Shown: one piece after another, positions 1 to 8,121 of the stretch
Numbering within the stretch: the first letter of the stretch is position 1
Layout of the letters: each line of letters begins with the position of its first letter
NCBI GenBank assembly: GCA_023957015.1
Contig: JAMLHR010000001.1
Span: forward strand, 28,841-92,840
Direction: 5' to 3'
DNA from: Thermomicrobiales bacterium
GTDB lineage: Bacteria; Chloroflexota; Chloroflexia; Thermomicrobiales; UBA6265
DNA length: 64,000 nucleotides
The notes under the pieces: generated by a model
What the model was told of the DNA's origin: nothing
The model's database searches: none
The model's input: only the letters and a program-made list of their open reading frames with translations
Made by a program: the position numbers and the translations under genes

Positions 1-333
1 GATATCGCCCGAGCGCGGACGTTCTACGAATCGATCCTGGAGATGGACGTGATTCTGGAACTACCGGAGCACGTTGCCTGGCATATCGGTAGCGGATTCG
101 TGTTCGCGATTCAGTTCGATCCCGAGTCCGATCTCTCTGGCAAGGTACGACGCACAGCGGAGTTGGCGGTGGCCGTGAACCTACCTGATGCCGAGGTGGA
201 TGCGCTCTACACCGAATGGATTGCCAATGGCGCTCGCGAGGTGGAATCGCCACATAATGAGCCGTGGGGATACACCTTCCTGGTCGCCGATCCCGATGGC
301 AATCAGGTACGGTTCGCACCAGCTAACGAATAG
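1..333 (+). CDS. VOC (glyoxalase/bleomycin-resistance/dioxygenase) family protein, 5' end outside window
   Basis: Frame is open from base 1 (DIARARTFYESILEMDV...) to TAG 331-333. The C-terminal ...NEPWGYTFLVADPDGNQVRF resembles terminal strands of VOC-fold proteins. Confidence 0.6.
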   Translation, partial: DIARARTFYESILEMDVILELPEHVAWHIGSGFVFAIQFDPESDLSGKVRRTAELAVAVNLPDAEVDALYTEWIANGAREVESPHNEPWGYTFLVADPDGNQVRFAPANE

Positions 334-343
334 GAGTGATGCG

Positions 344-1195
344 ATGAGCGACGCTATGGCAACGGACAATCTGATGAAGATCGCGACTGCGACCCTCGCC
401 TTCACCGAATCGAGGGGAGCCGATCTCCCCTCGACACTGATTCGCTATCAATGGTTCGATGGATCCCTCGACGAAGTGATCGCGGCTCTGGCGACATATC
501 AGAATGACGATGGCGGATTCGGTAACCGGCTGGAGCCGGATATTCACGCTCTGGAGAGCAATCCGTTTGCGGCCAGAATCGCGATGCAGTACCTACGACT
601 CCTGCCGCCGGATACCGCTCCGGAAATGCGCTCCCGCCTGCGCGAGTGGTTGGTCACAAACCAACATGAGGATGGCGACTGGCACTTCAGCGAGGCGACC
701 AAGGCAGGATTCCTCCAACCCTGGTTCGGCGCATGGGAGTTCCCATCGCTCAATCCAGCCTGCTGTGTTGCCGGACTGGCAGAGTCACTTGGATTGGTGT
801 CTTCGGGTATATTGTTGCGCACAACGACGCTGTTCGCGGAGAAGGCATCGGTGGAACAGGTCAGTTCGGGTGGATTCTACGACCTCCTTCCCTACGTGGA
901 ATACTCACTTGGTGCGCAACTGCCGGATGAATATACGGATGCAATCTCTGACAGCATCGTTCGCCGCGCGAAAGCAGACGAGTTCGAGAATGCGGAGCAC
1001 TTCTTCACGTTGGCCATGGGCGGATCGGCGGAGATCGCTGCCCGAATACCGGCGGAGATGATCTCCCGATATGGTGAACAGCTAACCGCGGAACAGCAAG
1101 AGGATGGAGGCTGGCCGACACCGTACGACGACGCTTGGCGGGTTTGGACGACGGCGAATGCGATGACAATTCTGTCCCGGCTATCATCCGCCTAG
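344..1195 (+). CDS. prenyltransferase/terpenoid-cyclase-repeat (alpha-alpha toroid) protein
   Basis: ATG 344 lies 7 nt after GGAG 333-336. Spaced motifs YQNDDGGFG, NQHEDGDWH and QQEDGGWP are typical of prenyltransferase/squalene cyclase repeats. The ORF-track start at 188 overlaps the upstream gene and is rejected. Confidence 0.6.
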   Translation: MSDAMATDNLMKIATATLAFTESRGADLPSTLIRYQWFDGSLDEVIAALATYQNDDGGFGNRLEPDIHALESNPFAARIAMQYLRLLPPDTAPEMRSRLREWLVTNQHEDGDWHFSEATKAGFLQPWFGAWEFPSLNPACCVAGLAESLGLVSSGILLRTTTLFAEKASVEQVSSGGFYDLLPYVEYSLGAQLPDEYTDAISDSIVRRAKADEFENAEHFFTLAMGGSAEIAARIPAEMISRYGEQLTAEQQEDGGWPTPYDDAWRVWTTANAMTILSRLSSA

Positions 1196-1226
1196 GAGGC
1201 AGAGTCACACTCGATGCGCAATGTCA

Positions 1227-1256
1227 ATGCGGTGGTTATGGCCACCGCATTTTCTT
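1227..1256 (+). terminator. rho-independent terminator-like hairpin
   Basis: ATGCGGTGG (1227-1235) pairs with CCACCGCAT (1242-1250), followed by TTTCTT. Confidence 0.6.
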
Positions 1257-1361
1257 GTCCTTCACCTGCTGTAGGGGTTCAGAAACCTGTGAGCTGTAGC
1301 CAATTGTGATGCGTTGCTCCGATCTGTATGATTGGGGCACCACCTACGGCGGGAGCGTGCG

Positions 1362-3671
1362 ATGAATGAACCAGTGCTGGAACCAGGGGCCGAGGACAAC
1401 CGGTGGGAACACTGGGTAGGCCTCTCCGCACCCCAAACCCGGTTCATTGGACGAGACCGCCAGTTGCAACAACTCCAACACCTGCTGTCGGAACCCTCCT
1501 GTCGCCTGTTGACCATTACAGGTCCCGGTGGGGTGGGCAAAACACGCCTGGCACTGGCGTTAGCTGCGCACCCTGATTTCGCCGTGCGCGTTGGGGTGGT
1601 GGCGCTGGCTGAAGTGCAGGATGCGACGCTGATTCCGGCGACGATACTGCGGGCGCTGGGTTTGGAGGTGCTCTCCGGCCAGGCGATTGAGGATGTGCTT
1701 GTTGCCAGCCTGGCCGATCGCACGGTGCTGGTGCTAGACAACCTGGAACACTTGCACGGCGCGCCCGTGGTTGCCAGATTGCTGGATCAGTGCCACGGAC
1801 TTCGTATTCTCGCGACCAGCCGGGTTCCGATTGGTATCTCCGGCGAGCACCTGTATCCGCTGGAACCACTGGAAGTGCGTGTCGAGGGTTCAGCGGCGAT
1901 TGAGGCGCCTGCGGTACAACTCTTCATCGATCGAGTTCGCTTGGCGCTGCCGTCATTTCAGATGACCCCCGGCGCACTGACCGACATCACCGCGGTCTGC
2001 CAGCAGCTTGACGGTATGCCCCTGGCGATCGAACTGGCAGCCGCCCATTGTCGCCAGCTGGCGCCCCACGCGCTTGCCCAGCGCATACACAATCGTGCCA
2101 CGCTGCCAGCCAGCGGATTGCAGAACGTCCCCCCGCGTCACCAGTCGATGCAGGCCACCGTGGCCTGGAGTGTGGGTCTGCTGGATCCGAAGGTCGCCGA
2201 GTTGTGGCGGACGATGGGGGTGTTCGAGGGTGGATTCACCCTGGAAACGGCCGAAGCGATGGCCGGCGCGTCGGGACTACCGGTTGCTTCGGTTCCCGCG
2301 ATGTTGGATGAGCTGGAAATGCACGGGCTGGTGCGGTTGGGGACCAACTCGCTGGGCGAACCGCGCTACTCCATGCATCCCATCACCCGGGAGGTTGCCC
2401 TGACGGCGCTGCAGGCAGAGGAACACTACCCGGAGGTGCTGGAGGCACAGGCGGAGATCATTGCCCAGTTCTGTGCCGAAGTCGAGCCTGGTTTGATGGG
2501 GACCGAAGGTGTTACCTGGTTCGCGCGGGTGAATGCCGAGATGGCCAATATCCGGGCTGTTCTCAATCGCGACCAGAAAGCCGGACAACACCTGCGCCCA
2601 CTCACAATGGTCACTCATTTGCACTGGTTTTGGACCGATCCGGGATACCTGCAAGAGGGACTTACGTGGCTATCTGGTCTGCTCGCTGAAGCAGACGAGT
2701 CGGTGCCGGCGTCGCTGAGAATGTCTGCGCTATCAGCCGCCAGTTCACTCGCGGATTGGCTTTACCAGACCGAGATTGCTCTCGACTACGCCACTCAGGC
2801 ATTCGATCTCGCACGTGAGACGGGGGATCGCTTGGCCGAGATGAAAGCGCTGCTTGATCTTGGCAACGTCTATTTCGACGAGTCCGATCTGGTACCTGCG
2901 GAACGGTACTTCCGGGAGGGACATGCCCTCGCCCAGGAGTTGCAAGATGGCTGGCACATGGCCGCATTCGCCAATCTGCGTGCCACCCTGGCTGCTGCCC
3001 AGGGCGACCCGGTCAGCGCTGTTGCCTGGCATCGCGCCGCTCTCGCGGGGTGGCAGGCAACGGGCTTCCAGAGTCACACTGGAATCGCCGCGACTGGGTT
3101 GGTGGTTGTCCTCGCCGAGACTGGAGAATTCGAGGAGGCGGCTTCTCTTCTGCTCCAATCCGTGCCTCAGATCGATCGCTCAGCGGTTTCACCAGAAGCC
3201 ACGATGGCCATAGCAGGTGCCGCTCTCATAGCTATGGGAGTTGATCTGCCGATCCCAGCGGTACGGTTCGTGGGGGCGGCGACCCATCTGCGACGGGTGA
3301 TGGGAGCAGACTTTCGTCCCTACTTCGTCAACATGTTGGCGAAGCAGATCGAGAGGTTGCGGAGCGAGTTAACGGCACCTGTTTTCAGCCGAGCCTGGAG
3401 TGAAGGGGTCGCTCAGACGCTCCCGGAGGCACTGGATGCCATGACGGAATTCCTGAGCGATTTGCCTCCCCGAACCGGTCTGACCTCGCGCGAGCGCGAG
3501 GTGTTGCGGTTTATGGCAGAGGGGGCCTCCGATGTTGAGATCGCCGAACGGCTCTATATCTCCCGCCACACGGCCTCCAAACATGTGGCTGCCATTCTGG
3601 AAAAACTACAGGCGCCGAATCGCACCACCGCGGTAGCAATTGCCTATCGCCGGGGAATCGTGAACGCCTGA
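1362..3671 (+). CDS. STAND (NB-ARC-like ATPase)-TPR-LuxR family transcriptional regulator
   Basis: P-loop ITGPGGVGKTRLAL, a long helical/TPR-like middle region, and a C-terminal LuxR HTH (LTSREREVLRFMAEGASDVEIAERLYISRHTASKHVAAILEKL). ATG 1362 (MNEPVLEP) is preferred over 1332. Confidence 0.8.
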   Translation: MNEPVLEPGAEDNRWEHWVGLSAPQTRFIGRDRQLQQLQHLLSEPSCRLLTITGPGGVGKTRLALALAAHPDFAVRVGVVALAEVQDATLIPATILRALGLEVLSGQAIEDVLVASLADRTVLVLDNLEHLHGAPVVARLLDQCHGLRILATSRVPIGISGEHLYPLEPLEVRVEGSAAIEAPAVQLFIDRVRLALPSFQMTPGALTDITAVCQQLDGMPLAIELAAAHCRQLAPHALAQRIHNRATLPASGLQNVPPRHQSMQATVAWSVGLLDPKVAELWRTMGVFEGGFTLETAEAMAGASGLPVASVPAMLDELEMHGLVRLGTNSLGEPRYSMHPITREVALTALQAEEHYPEVLEAQAEIIAQFCAEVEPGLMGTEGVTWFARVNAEMANIRAVLNRDQKAGQHLRPLTMVTHLHWFWTDPGYLQEGLTWLSGLLAEADESVPASLRMSALSAASSLADWLYQTEIALDYATQAFDLARETGDRLAEMKALLDLGNVYFDESDLVPAERYFREGHALAQELQDGWHMAAFANLRATLAAAQGDPVSAVAWHRAALAGWQATGFQSHTGIAATGLVVVLAETGEFEEAASLLLQSVPQIDRSAVSPEATMAIAGAALIAMGVDLPIPAVRFVGAATHLRRVMGADFRPYFVNMLAKQIERLRSELTAPVFSRAWSEGVAQTLPEALDAMTEFLSDLPPRTGLTSREREVLRFMAEGASDVEIAERLYISRHTASKHVAAILEKLQAPNRTTAVAIAYRRGIVNA

Positions 3672-3866
3672 TCCCTGGCATCATGAAATAGCGAAAATTA
3701 CTACTATCCATTCCACTCGCCCTATCCCAAGCTGAAATTGGCGACCACTCGTACCGGTTGCCTGGCTTGGCGTACGCCGACGATGATGTCCGGCACGTCT
3801 GTTCTAGCCGTTCTATCCGCCTGGGTAACAAACCGAGGAGTTGGCCCGCTCAGCAGGAGGGGTACC

Positions 3867-5174
3867 ATGTTCCGTAAGCTCTTCTCGATCGCATTCATCA
3901 TCGTGATCGTGTGCAATGGCCTCTACTCCACCAATCCGGCCATCGCCCAGGATGCGACTCCCGTAGTTGAGTCGAAAAACTCTACCGAGACACCGGTCCC
4001 CGCCGCTTCACCCGAGAATCTCGATACGCAATCCAAACCCGCCACATCCCAAACCCTCCGCAGTTTCGATGTCCAACCTCTGGATGCGGAGGTCATCAAC
4101 GTCACGCTCACCGCCAATGGAGAATCATCCAGCCTGACCGTCGATATCAACACCCCCATCAGCTTCGTGGCAACCGGTCCCTGGCAGTTTGACGATAGCA
4201 GCATGAACCTCTGGGTCTACTCCAATCCGGTCCCCGCAAACACTTGCTCCGGTGGCTCCGGCGTCAGTACCCAGGGCACACATCCAAACGGGAGCGGCAC
4301 ATCCTCCTACTCCTGGACTCCAACCGTTTCGGGTAGTTACTACGCCTATATCTATTGGTATCCCAATGGTGCGTCCGGCAGTATCTACTCCAACTGCGTC
4401 ACCATCACCGTCAAAGCGCCGGACGGGGCTGTCCATCTGACCATCAATGGCAGTGACGCGGATCGGGAGGTACCACTTGGTACATCACTCAACTTCGTCT
4501 TCACCGGCCCCTGGTCAGCAGGGAATCCAAATGTCGGCATCACCACTGTCTACGACTGCGGCCCTTCACAAGATGGAGACGGAAACCTCGGCGTCACAGT
4601 GAACGACGGCTCTGCTACCTACCAAGGCTTAATGGAGAACTGCACATACACGTTCTTCGGCACCATGCTGGTAAGTGGCGTCCTCTACAAATCCAATGAG
4701 ATAAGCCTCACGCCAGTCGCACCAACCCTCCATCTGACCGTCAATGACAGTGACGCGGATCGGGAGGTGCCACTTGGTACACCACTCAATATCGTCCTCA
4801 CCGGCCCCTGGTCGGCTGGAAATCCAAATGTCGGCATCACCACTGTCTACGACTGCGGCCCTTCACAAGATGGAGATGGAAACCTCAGCGTCATAGTCAA
4901 CGACGGTTCTGCTACCTACCAAGGCTCAATGGAGAACTGCACCTACACGTTCTTCGGCACCATGCTGGTAAGTGGCGTCCTCTACAAATCCAATGAGATT
5001 AGCCTCACACCAGTCGCACCAACCCTCCATCTGACCGTCAATGACAGTGACGCGGATCGGGAGGTGCCACTTGGTACACCACTCAATATCGTCCTCACCG
5101 GCCCCTGGTCGGCACAAATCAAAATGTCGGCATCACCACTGTCTACGACTGCGACACTTCTGAGATGGAGATGA
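3867..5174 (+). CDS. secreted repeat surface protein, N-terminal fragment (ends at in-frame TGA 5172-5174)
   Basis: AGGAGG at 3855-3860, 6 nt before ATG 3867. Signal peptide MFRKLFSIAFIIVIVCNGLYSTNPAIAQD. Contains 99-aa repeats with a TGPWS core. The same frame continues after the stop. Confidence 0.7.
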   Translation: MFRKLFSIAFIIVIVCNGLYSTNPAIAQDATPVVESKNSTETPVPAASPENLDTQSKPATSQTLRSFDVQPLDAEVINVTLTANGESSSLTVDINTPISFVATGPWQFDDSSMNLWVYSNPVPANTCSGGSGVSTQGTHPNGSGTSSYSWTPTVSGSYYAYIYWYPNGASGSIYSNCVTITVKAPDGAVHLTINGSDADREVPLGTSLNFVFTGPWSAGNPNVGITTVYDCGPSQDGDGNLGVTVNDGSATYQGLMENCTYTFFGTMLVSGVLYKSNEISLTPVAPTLHLTVNDSDADREVPLGTPLNIVLTGPWSAGNPNVGITTVYDCGPSQDGDGNLSVIVNDGSATYQGSMENCTYTFFGTMLVSGVLYKSNEISLTPVAPTLHLTVNDSDADREVPLGTPLNIVLTGPWSAQIKMSASPLSTTATLLRWR

Positions 5175-5324
5175 AACTACCTCAGCGTCATAGTCAACGA
5201 CGGTTCTGCTACCTACCAAGGCTCAATGGAGAACTGCACCTACACGTTCTTCGGCACCATGCTGGTAAGTGGCGTCCTCTACAAATCCAATGAGATTAGT
5301 CTCACGCCCGTTGCTCCAGACATC
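4434..5324 (+). repeat. 3 x 297-nt (99-aa) tandem coding repeat
   Basis: The CATCTGA landmark recurs at 4434, 4731 and 5028 (period 297). Copies 2 and 3 are near-identical except for the segment 5112-5178. Confidence 0.9.
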
Positions 5325-6719
5325 ACGCTCACCGCCAATGACTCAAACAGAGAGGCCACCGTCCAGATCAATGAACCCGTCAACTTCGTCACTACCGGCC
5401 CCTGGTCGGCAGGCGATACCACGCTCTTCTACACCATCCGTCTGTCCACCGACGAATCCTGTGGGGGTAACATCATCTTCGATCAAGCTCTCACGCCGAC
5501 CATTGCCGGTACGGCATCCTTCTCCTGGACGCCAACCACGCCAGGACTCTACCCCGTTCATGTCGGGTGGGTGTATGGCGGAAGCAACTACTCCTCACCC
5601 TGCGTCCTGGTGACGGTGACTGCTCCAGACATCACGCTCACCGCCAATGACTCAAACAGAGAGGCCACCGTCCAGATCAATGAACCCGTCAACTTCGTCA
5701 CTACCGGCCCCTGGTCGGCAGACGATACCACGCTCTTCTACACCATCCGTCTGTCCACCGACGAATCCTGTGGTGGCGAGGTCCTCCTGAAACAAGATCT
5801 CACACCAACCTCCGCCGGTACGGCATCCTTCTCCTGGACGCCAACCACGCCAGGACTCTACCCCGTTCATGTCGGGTGGGTGTATGGCGGAAGCAACTAC
5901 TCCTCACCCTGCGTCCTGGTGACGGTACTGGAGACAGCGACACCGACCGAAACGGCTACCCCGACCGAAACAGCCACACCGACGGAGACAGCAACACCAA
6001 CGGAGACGGCAACACCGACCGAAACAGCCACTCCGACGGAGACGGCTACCCCGACGGAAACAGCTACCCCGACCGAAACGGCTACCCCGACGGAGACGGC
6101 CACACCGACCGAAACGGCTACCCCGACGGAAACGGCTACACCGACCGAAACAGCCACTCCGACCGAAACGGCTACACCGACCGAAACAGCCACGCCGACA
6201 AGCGGAGCGGTCACCATTCTGATCAATATGTCGGACGGTAGCTCGCTAGAAGGCGCACCATGGGCGCTCTATGCGGAAACAGCCAGTATGCAGACTATGC
6301 CCGCCTACCGCACGGGAACGGTCGGTGCGAACAACACGATCGTGGTCGACGATATGCTGGATGGGGACTATCGCCTGGTCGTCTCACCGGAGAACATGGC
6401 ACCGATGTCGTTTACGTTCACCGTCGTCATTGGACCCGATGGCACAGCCTCTATCGTCCTGAATTTCGACGTGGTGACACCGACAGCTACGATCCCGGTC
6501 ACCGAAACACCGGTGACAGAAACACCAACTGGAACGACACCAGCGGCAACGGAAGACCCAGCGCAGGAAACACCCACATCTGCGACGGTCAACCTCCCCT
6601 CTGCCGGGTCTGGTGCGTACACAAGCTCTATGTGGCTGGGAAGCGCCACGGTCCTGGTACTGCTGACGATGCTGGTGGGAGCCTTCGTTGCTCGCATCAA
6701 TCATCGACGGCAATCATGA
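5226..6719 (+). CDS. repeat surface protein, C-terminal fragment with LPXTG-like sorting signal
   Basis: Same frame as 3867-5174. Repeat homology resumes right after the TGA at 5175 ([21 protein letters not shown]). Contains 2 x 103-aa repeats and 15 x ETATPT. C-terminus is LPSAG (6594-6608), a hydrophobic helix and a RINHRRQS tail. Confidence 0.7.
   Translation: MENCTYTFFGTMLVSGVLYKSNEISLTPVAPDITLTANDSNREATVQINEPVNFVTTGPWSAGDTTLFYTIRLSTDESCGGNIIFDQALTPTIAGTASFSWTPTTPGLYPVHVGWVYGGSNYSSPCVLVTVTAPDITLTANDSNREATVQINEPVNFVTTGPWSADDTTLFYTIRLSTDESCGGEVLLKQDLTPTSAGTASFSWTPTTPGLYPVHVGWVYGGSNYSSPCVLVTVLETATPTETATPTETATPTETATPTETATPTETATPTETATPTETATPTETATPTETATPTETATPTETATPTETATPTETATPTETATPTSGAVTILINMSDGSSLEGAPWALYAETASMQTMPAYRTGTVGANNTIVVDDMLDGDYRLVVSPENMAPMSFTFTVVIGPDGTASIVLNFDVVTPTATIPVTETPVTETPTGTTPAATEDPAQETPTSATVNLPSAGSGAYTSSMWLGSATVLVLLTMLVGAFVARINHRRQS
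5313..5930 (+). repeat. 2 x 309-nt (103-aa) tandem coding repeat
   Basis: GCTCCAGACATCACGCTCACCGCCAATGAC occurs at 5313 and 5622. The encoded units [33 protein letters not shown]... are almost identical. Confidence 0.9.
5931..6200 (+). repeat. 15 x 18-nt in-frame tandem repeat encoding (ETATPT)15
   Basis: I counted 15 consecutive GAR-ACN-GCN-ACN-CCN-ACN units. The protein repeat is perfect while third codon positions vary. Confidence 0.95.
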
Positions 6720-6740
6720 CCAACATGAAGTCGTGAAAAT

Positions 6741-6776
6741 GTGTGACGATGGGCCAAGACAAGCCTATCGTCACAC
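6741..6776 (+). terminator. 10-bp-stem hairpin downstream of the surface-protein gene
   Basis: GTGTGACGAT (6741-6750) pairs with ATCGTCACAC (6767-6776). There is no clear T-tract, so terminator function is uncertain. Confidence 0.35.
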
Positions 6777-6860
6777 ACTCATGGCGTACGATCTCTCTCC
6801 CGATGTGTGTTTGCCCATACAATATCCTCATGACGGATCGATACACATCAGGAGGTCACC

Positions 6861-7967
6861 ATGGCGTGCCGCGATTGGGTTGTTGGTGCTATCAAAAAGA
6901 TCGAAGCGGATATCGCGCGGTCCGCGGATACGCACCTCATCCCCTGCAACGCACCGGGATTGCCCGGCATCACGATTTACCTTAAGGATGAAACGACGCA
7001 TCTGACCGGATCGCTCAAGCATCGGTTGGCGAGATCGCTCTTCCTCTATGGTCTCGCCTCCGGCTACATCCACGAAGGCACCACGATCGTCGAGGCGTCC
7101 AGCGGTAGCACGGCGATCTCCGAGGCGTATTTCGCCCAACTGATCGGCGTGCCGTTCATCGCGGTCGTTCCCGCCAGCACCTCGAAAGCCAAGATCGATG
7201 CGATCGCCTTCTATGGTGGGAGTTGTCACTTCGTCGAGAATCCGGCGGATGTCTACGATGCCGCTCACAGGTTGACGCATCGCACCAACGGCTACTACAT
7301 GGACCAGTTCACCAACGCCGGTGTGGCCACTGATTGGCGCGGCAATAACAATATCGCCGAGAGCATTTTCCGCCAGATGGAACATGAGGAGTATCCGGAG
7401 CCACGCTGGATCGTGGTCGGTGCGGGTACCGGCGGTACCAGCGCGACGATCGGTCGCTATCTCCGCTACCACGGTGCCTGCACCAGCCTCTGTGTGGTAG
7501 ATCCGGAGCGATCCGTCTTCTACGATGCCTTTATCGGCCAGAAGGTCGATCCCTGTTGCGATGAATGCCCGGATACGGTCGTTGAGGGTATTGGGCGACC
7601 ACGGGTCGAACCATCCTTCGTGCCGGAGGTTGTGGATCGCATGATCCGCGTGCCGAACGCCGCCAGTTATGCTGCCAGTCATTTCCTGGAGAAGATCAGC
7701 GGGCGTCGGTATGGCGGCAGCACTGGCACCAATCTGTATGGTGTGATGCAGTTGGCCACCGAGATGAAGGCACGCGGCGAATCGGGATCGATCGTAACGC
7801 TCGCCTGCGATAGCGGCAGTCGGTATGAGGATTCGGTGTACAACCCGCATTGGCTGAGCAGCAAGCATGTCAATGTGGTGCCGTATCTGGAGCAGATTCA
7901 GACCGCCTACGAGACCGGCGAGTGGATTCAGGTTGCGACCTGCGGTGTGGCGAGGGTGATGGGGTAG
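6861..7967 (+). CDS. PLP-dependent (fold type II) cysteine synthase-family protein
   Basis: AGGAGG at 6851-6856 precedes ATG 6861. PLP-lysine context [10 protein letters not shown]. Glycine loop [12 protein letters not shown]. Overall CysK/CBS-like organisation. Confidence 0.75.
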   Translation: MACRDWVVGAIKKIEADIARSADTHLIPCNAPGLPGITIYLKDETTHLTGSLKHRLARSLFLYGLASGYIHEGTTIVEASSGSTAISEAYFAQLIGVPFIAVVPASTSKAKIDAIAFYGGSCHFVENPADVYDAAHRLTHRTNGYYMDQFTNAGVATDWRGNNNIAESIFRQMEHEEYPEPRWIVVGAGTGGTSATIGRYLRYHGACTSLCVVDPERSVFYDAFIGQKVDPCCDECPDTVVEGIGRPRVEPSFVPEVVDRMIRVPNAASYAASHFLEKISGRRYGGSTGTNLYGVMQLATEMKARGESGSIVTLACDSGSRYEDSVYNPHWLSSKHVNVVPYLEQIQTAYETGEWIQVATCGVARVMG

Positions 7968-8014
7968 TTCAATCAAACTTCCATCGTCACTCGGCGTGGG
8001 TTGCATTGGTCAAC

Positions 8015-8104
8015 GCCGCCTGTAGGCGGAACCCGGGCAACTCACGGTCGCGATAGGCAAAATGACACACGTCTTTGTGTCGCGACCGATCGGCCCGGGT
8101 CTAC
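8015..8104. repeat. nested GTAG-bounded palindromic intergenic element (copy 1 of 2)
   Basis: Outer stem ACCCGGGC/GCCCGGGT, middle stem GGTCGCGA/TCGCGACC, inner stem GACACA/TGTGTC. Its ends are homologous to the element at 15086-15200. Confidence 0.7.
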
Positions 8105-8121
8105 ATAAGATAATTGTCCCG

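Noticed and set aside
188-343. Upstream extensions of track ORFs (188 for the prenyltransferase-like gene, 14220 for MarC, 34680 for pyrF, 44084 for parB, 59378 for the MBL-like gene, 63957 for spoVS)
   Set aside because: The extensions overlap preceding genes or intergenic hairpins and have atypical composition. Internal ATG/GTG codons with Shine-Dalgarno-like sequences give family-typical N-termini.
5172-5174. In-frame TGA as selenocysteine or programmed read-through
   Set aside because: The 65 nt upstream are out of register with the repeat consensus because of the -1/+1 indel pair. The stop is therefore a by-product of frame disruption. I also see no SECIS-like hairpin immediately downstream.
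5897-6241. Regular 18-nt periodicity that might suggest a CRISPR array or separate ORFs (track ORFs 5876-6241 + and 5897-6226 -)
   Set aside because: There are no unique spacers between repeats. The period is a multiple of 3 and lies in frame with the surface protein, encoding (ETATPT)15. The alternative-frame ORFs are low-complexity artefacts of the repeat.
6828-8006. 392-aa minus-strand ORF antisense to the PLP enzyme gene. Similar long shadow ORFs occur at 9600-10925, 12771-13736, 20634-21275, 30462-31769, 33751-34710, 39589-40779, 55346-56140, 58372-59445, 61760-62497 and 62656-63483
   Set aside because: Each lies fully antisense to a gene with clear family motifs. Their translations are Arg/Gly/His/Pro-rich with no recognisable motifs. 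This is typical of stop-codon-poor antisense frames in GC-rich DNA.
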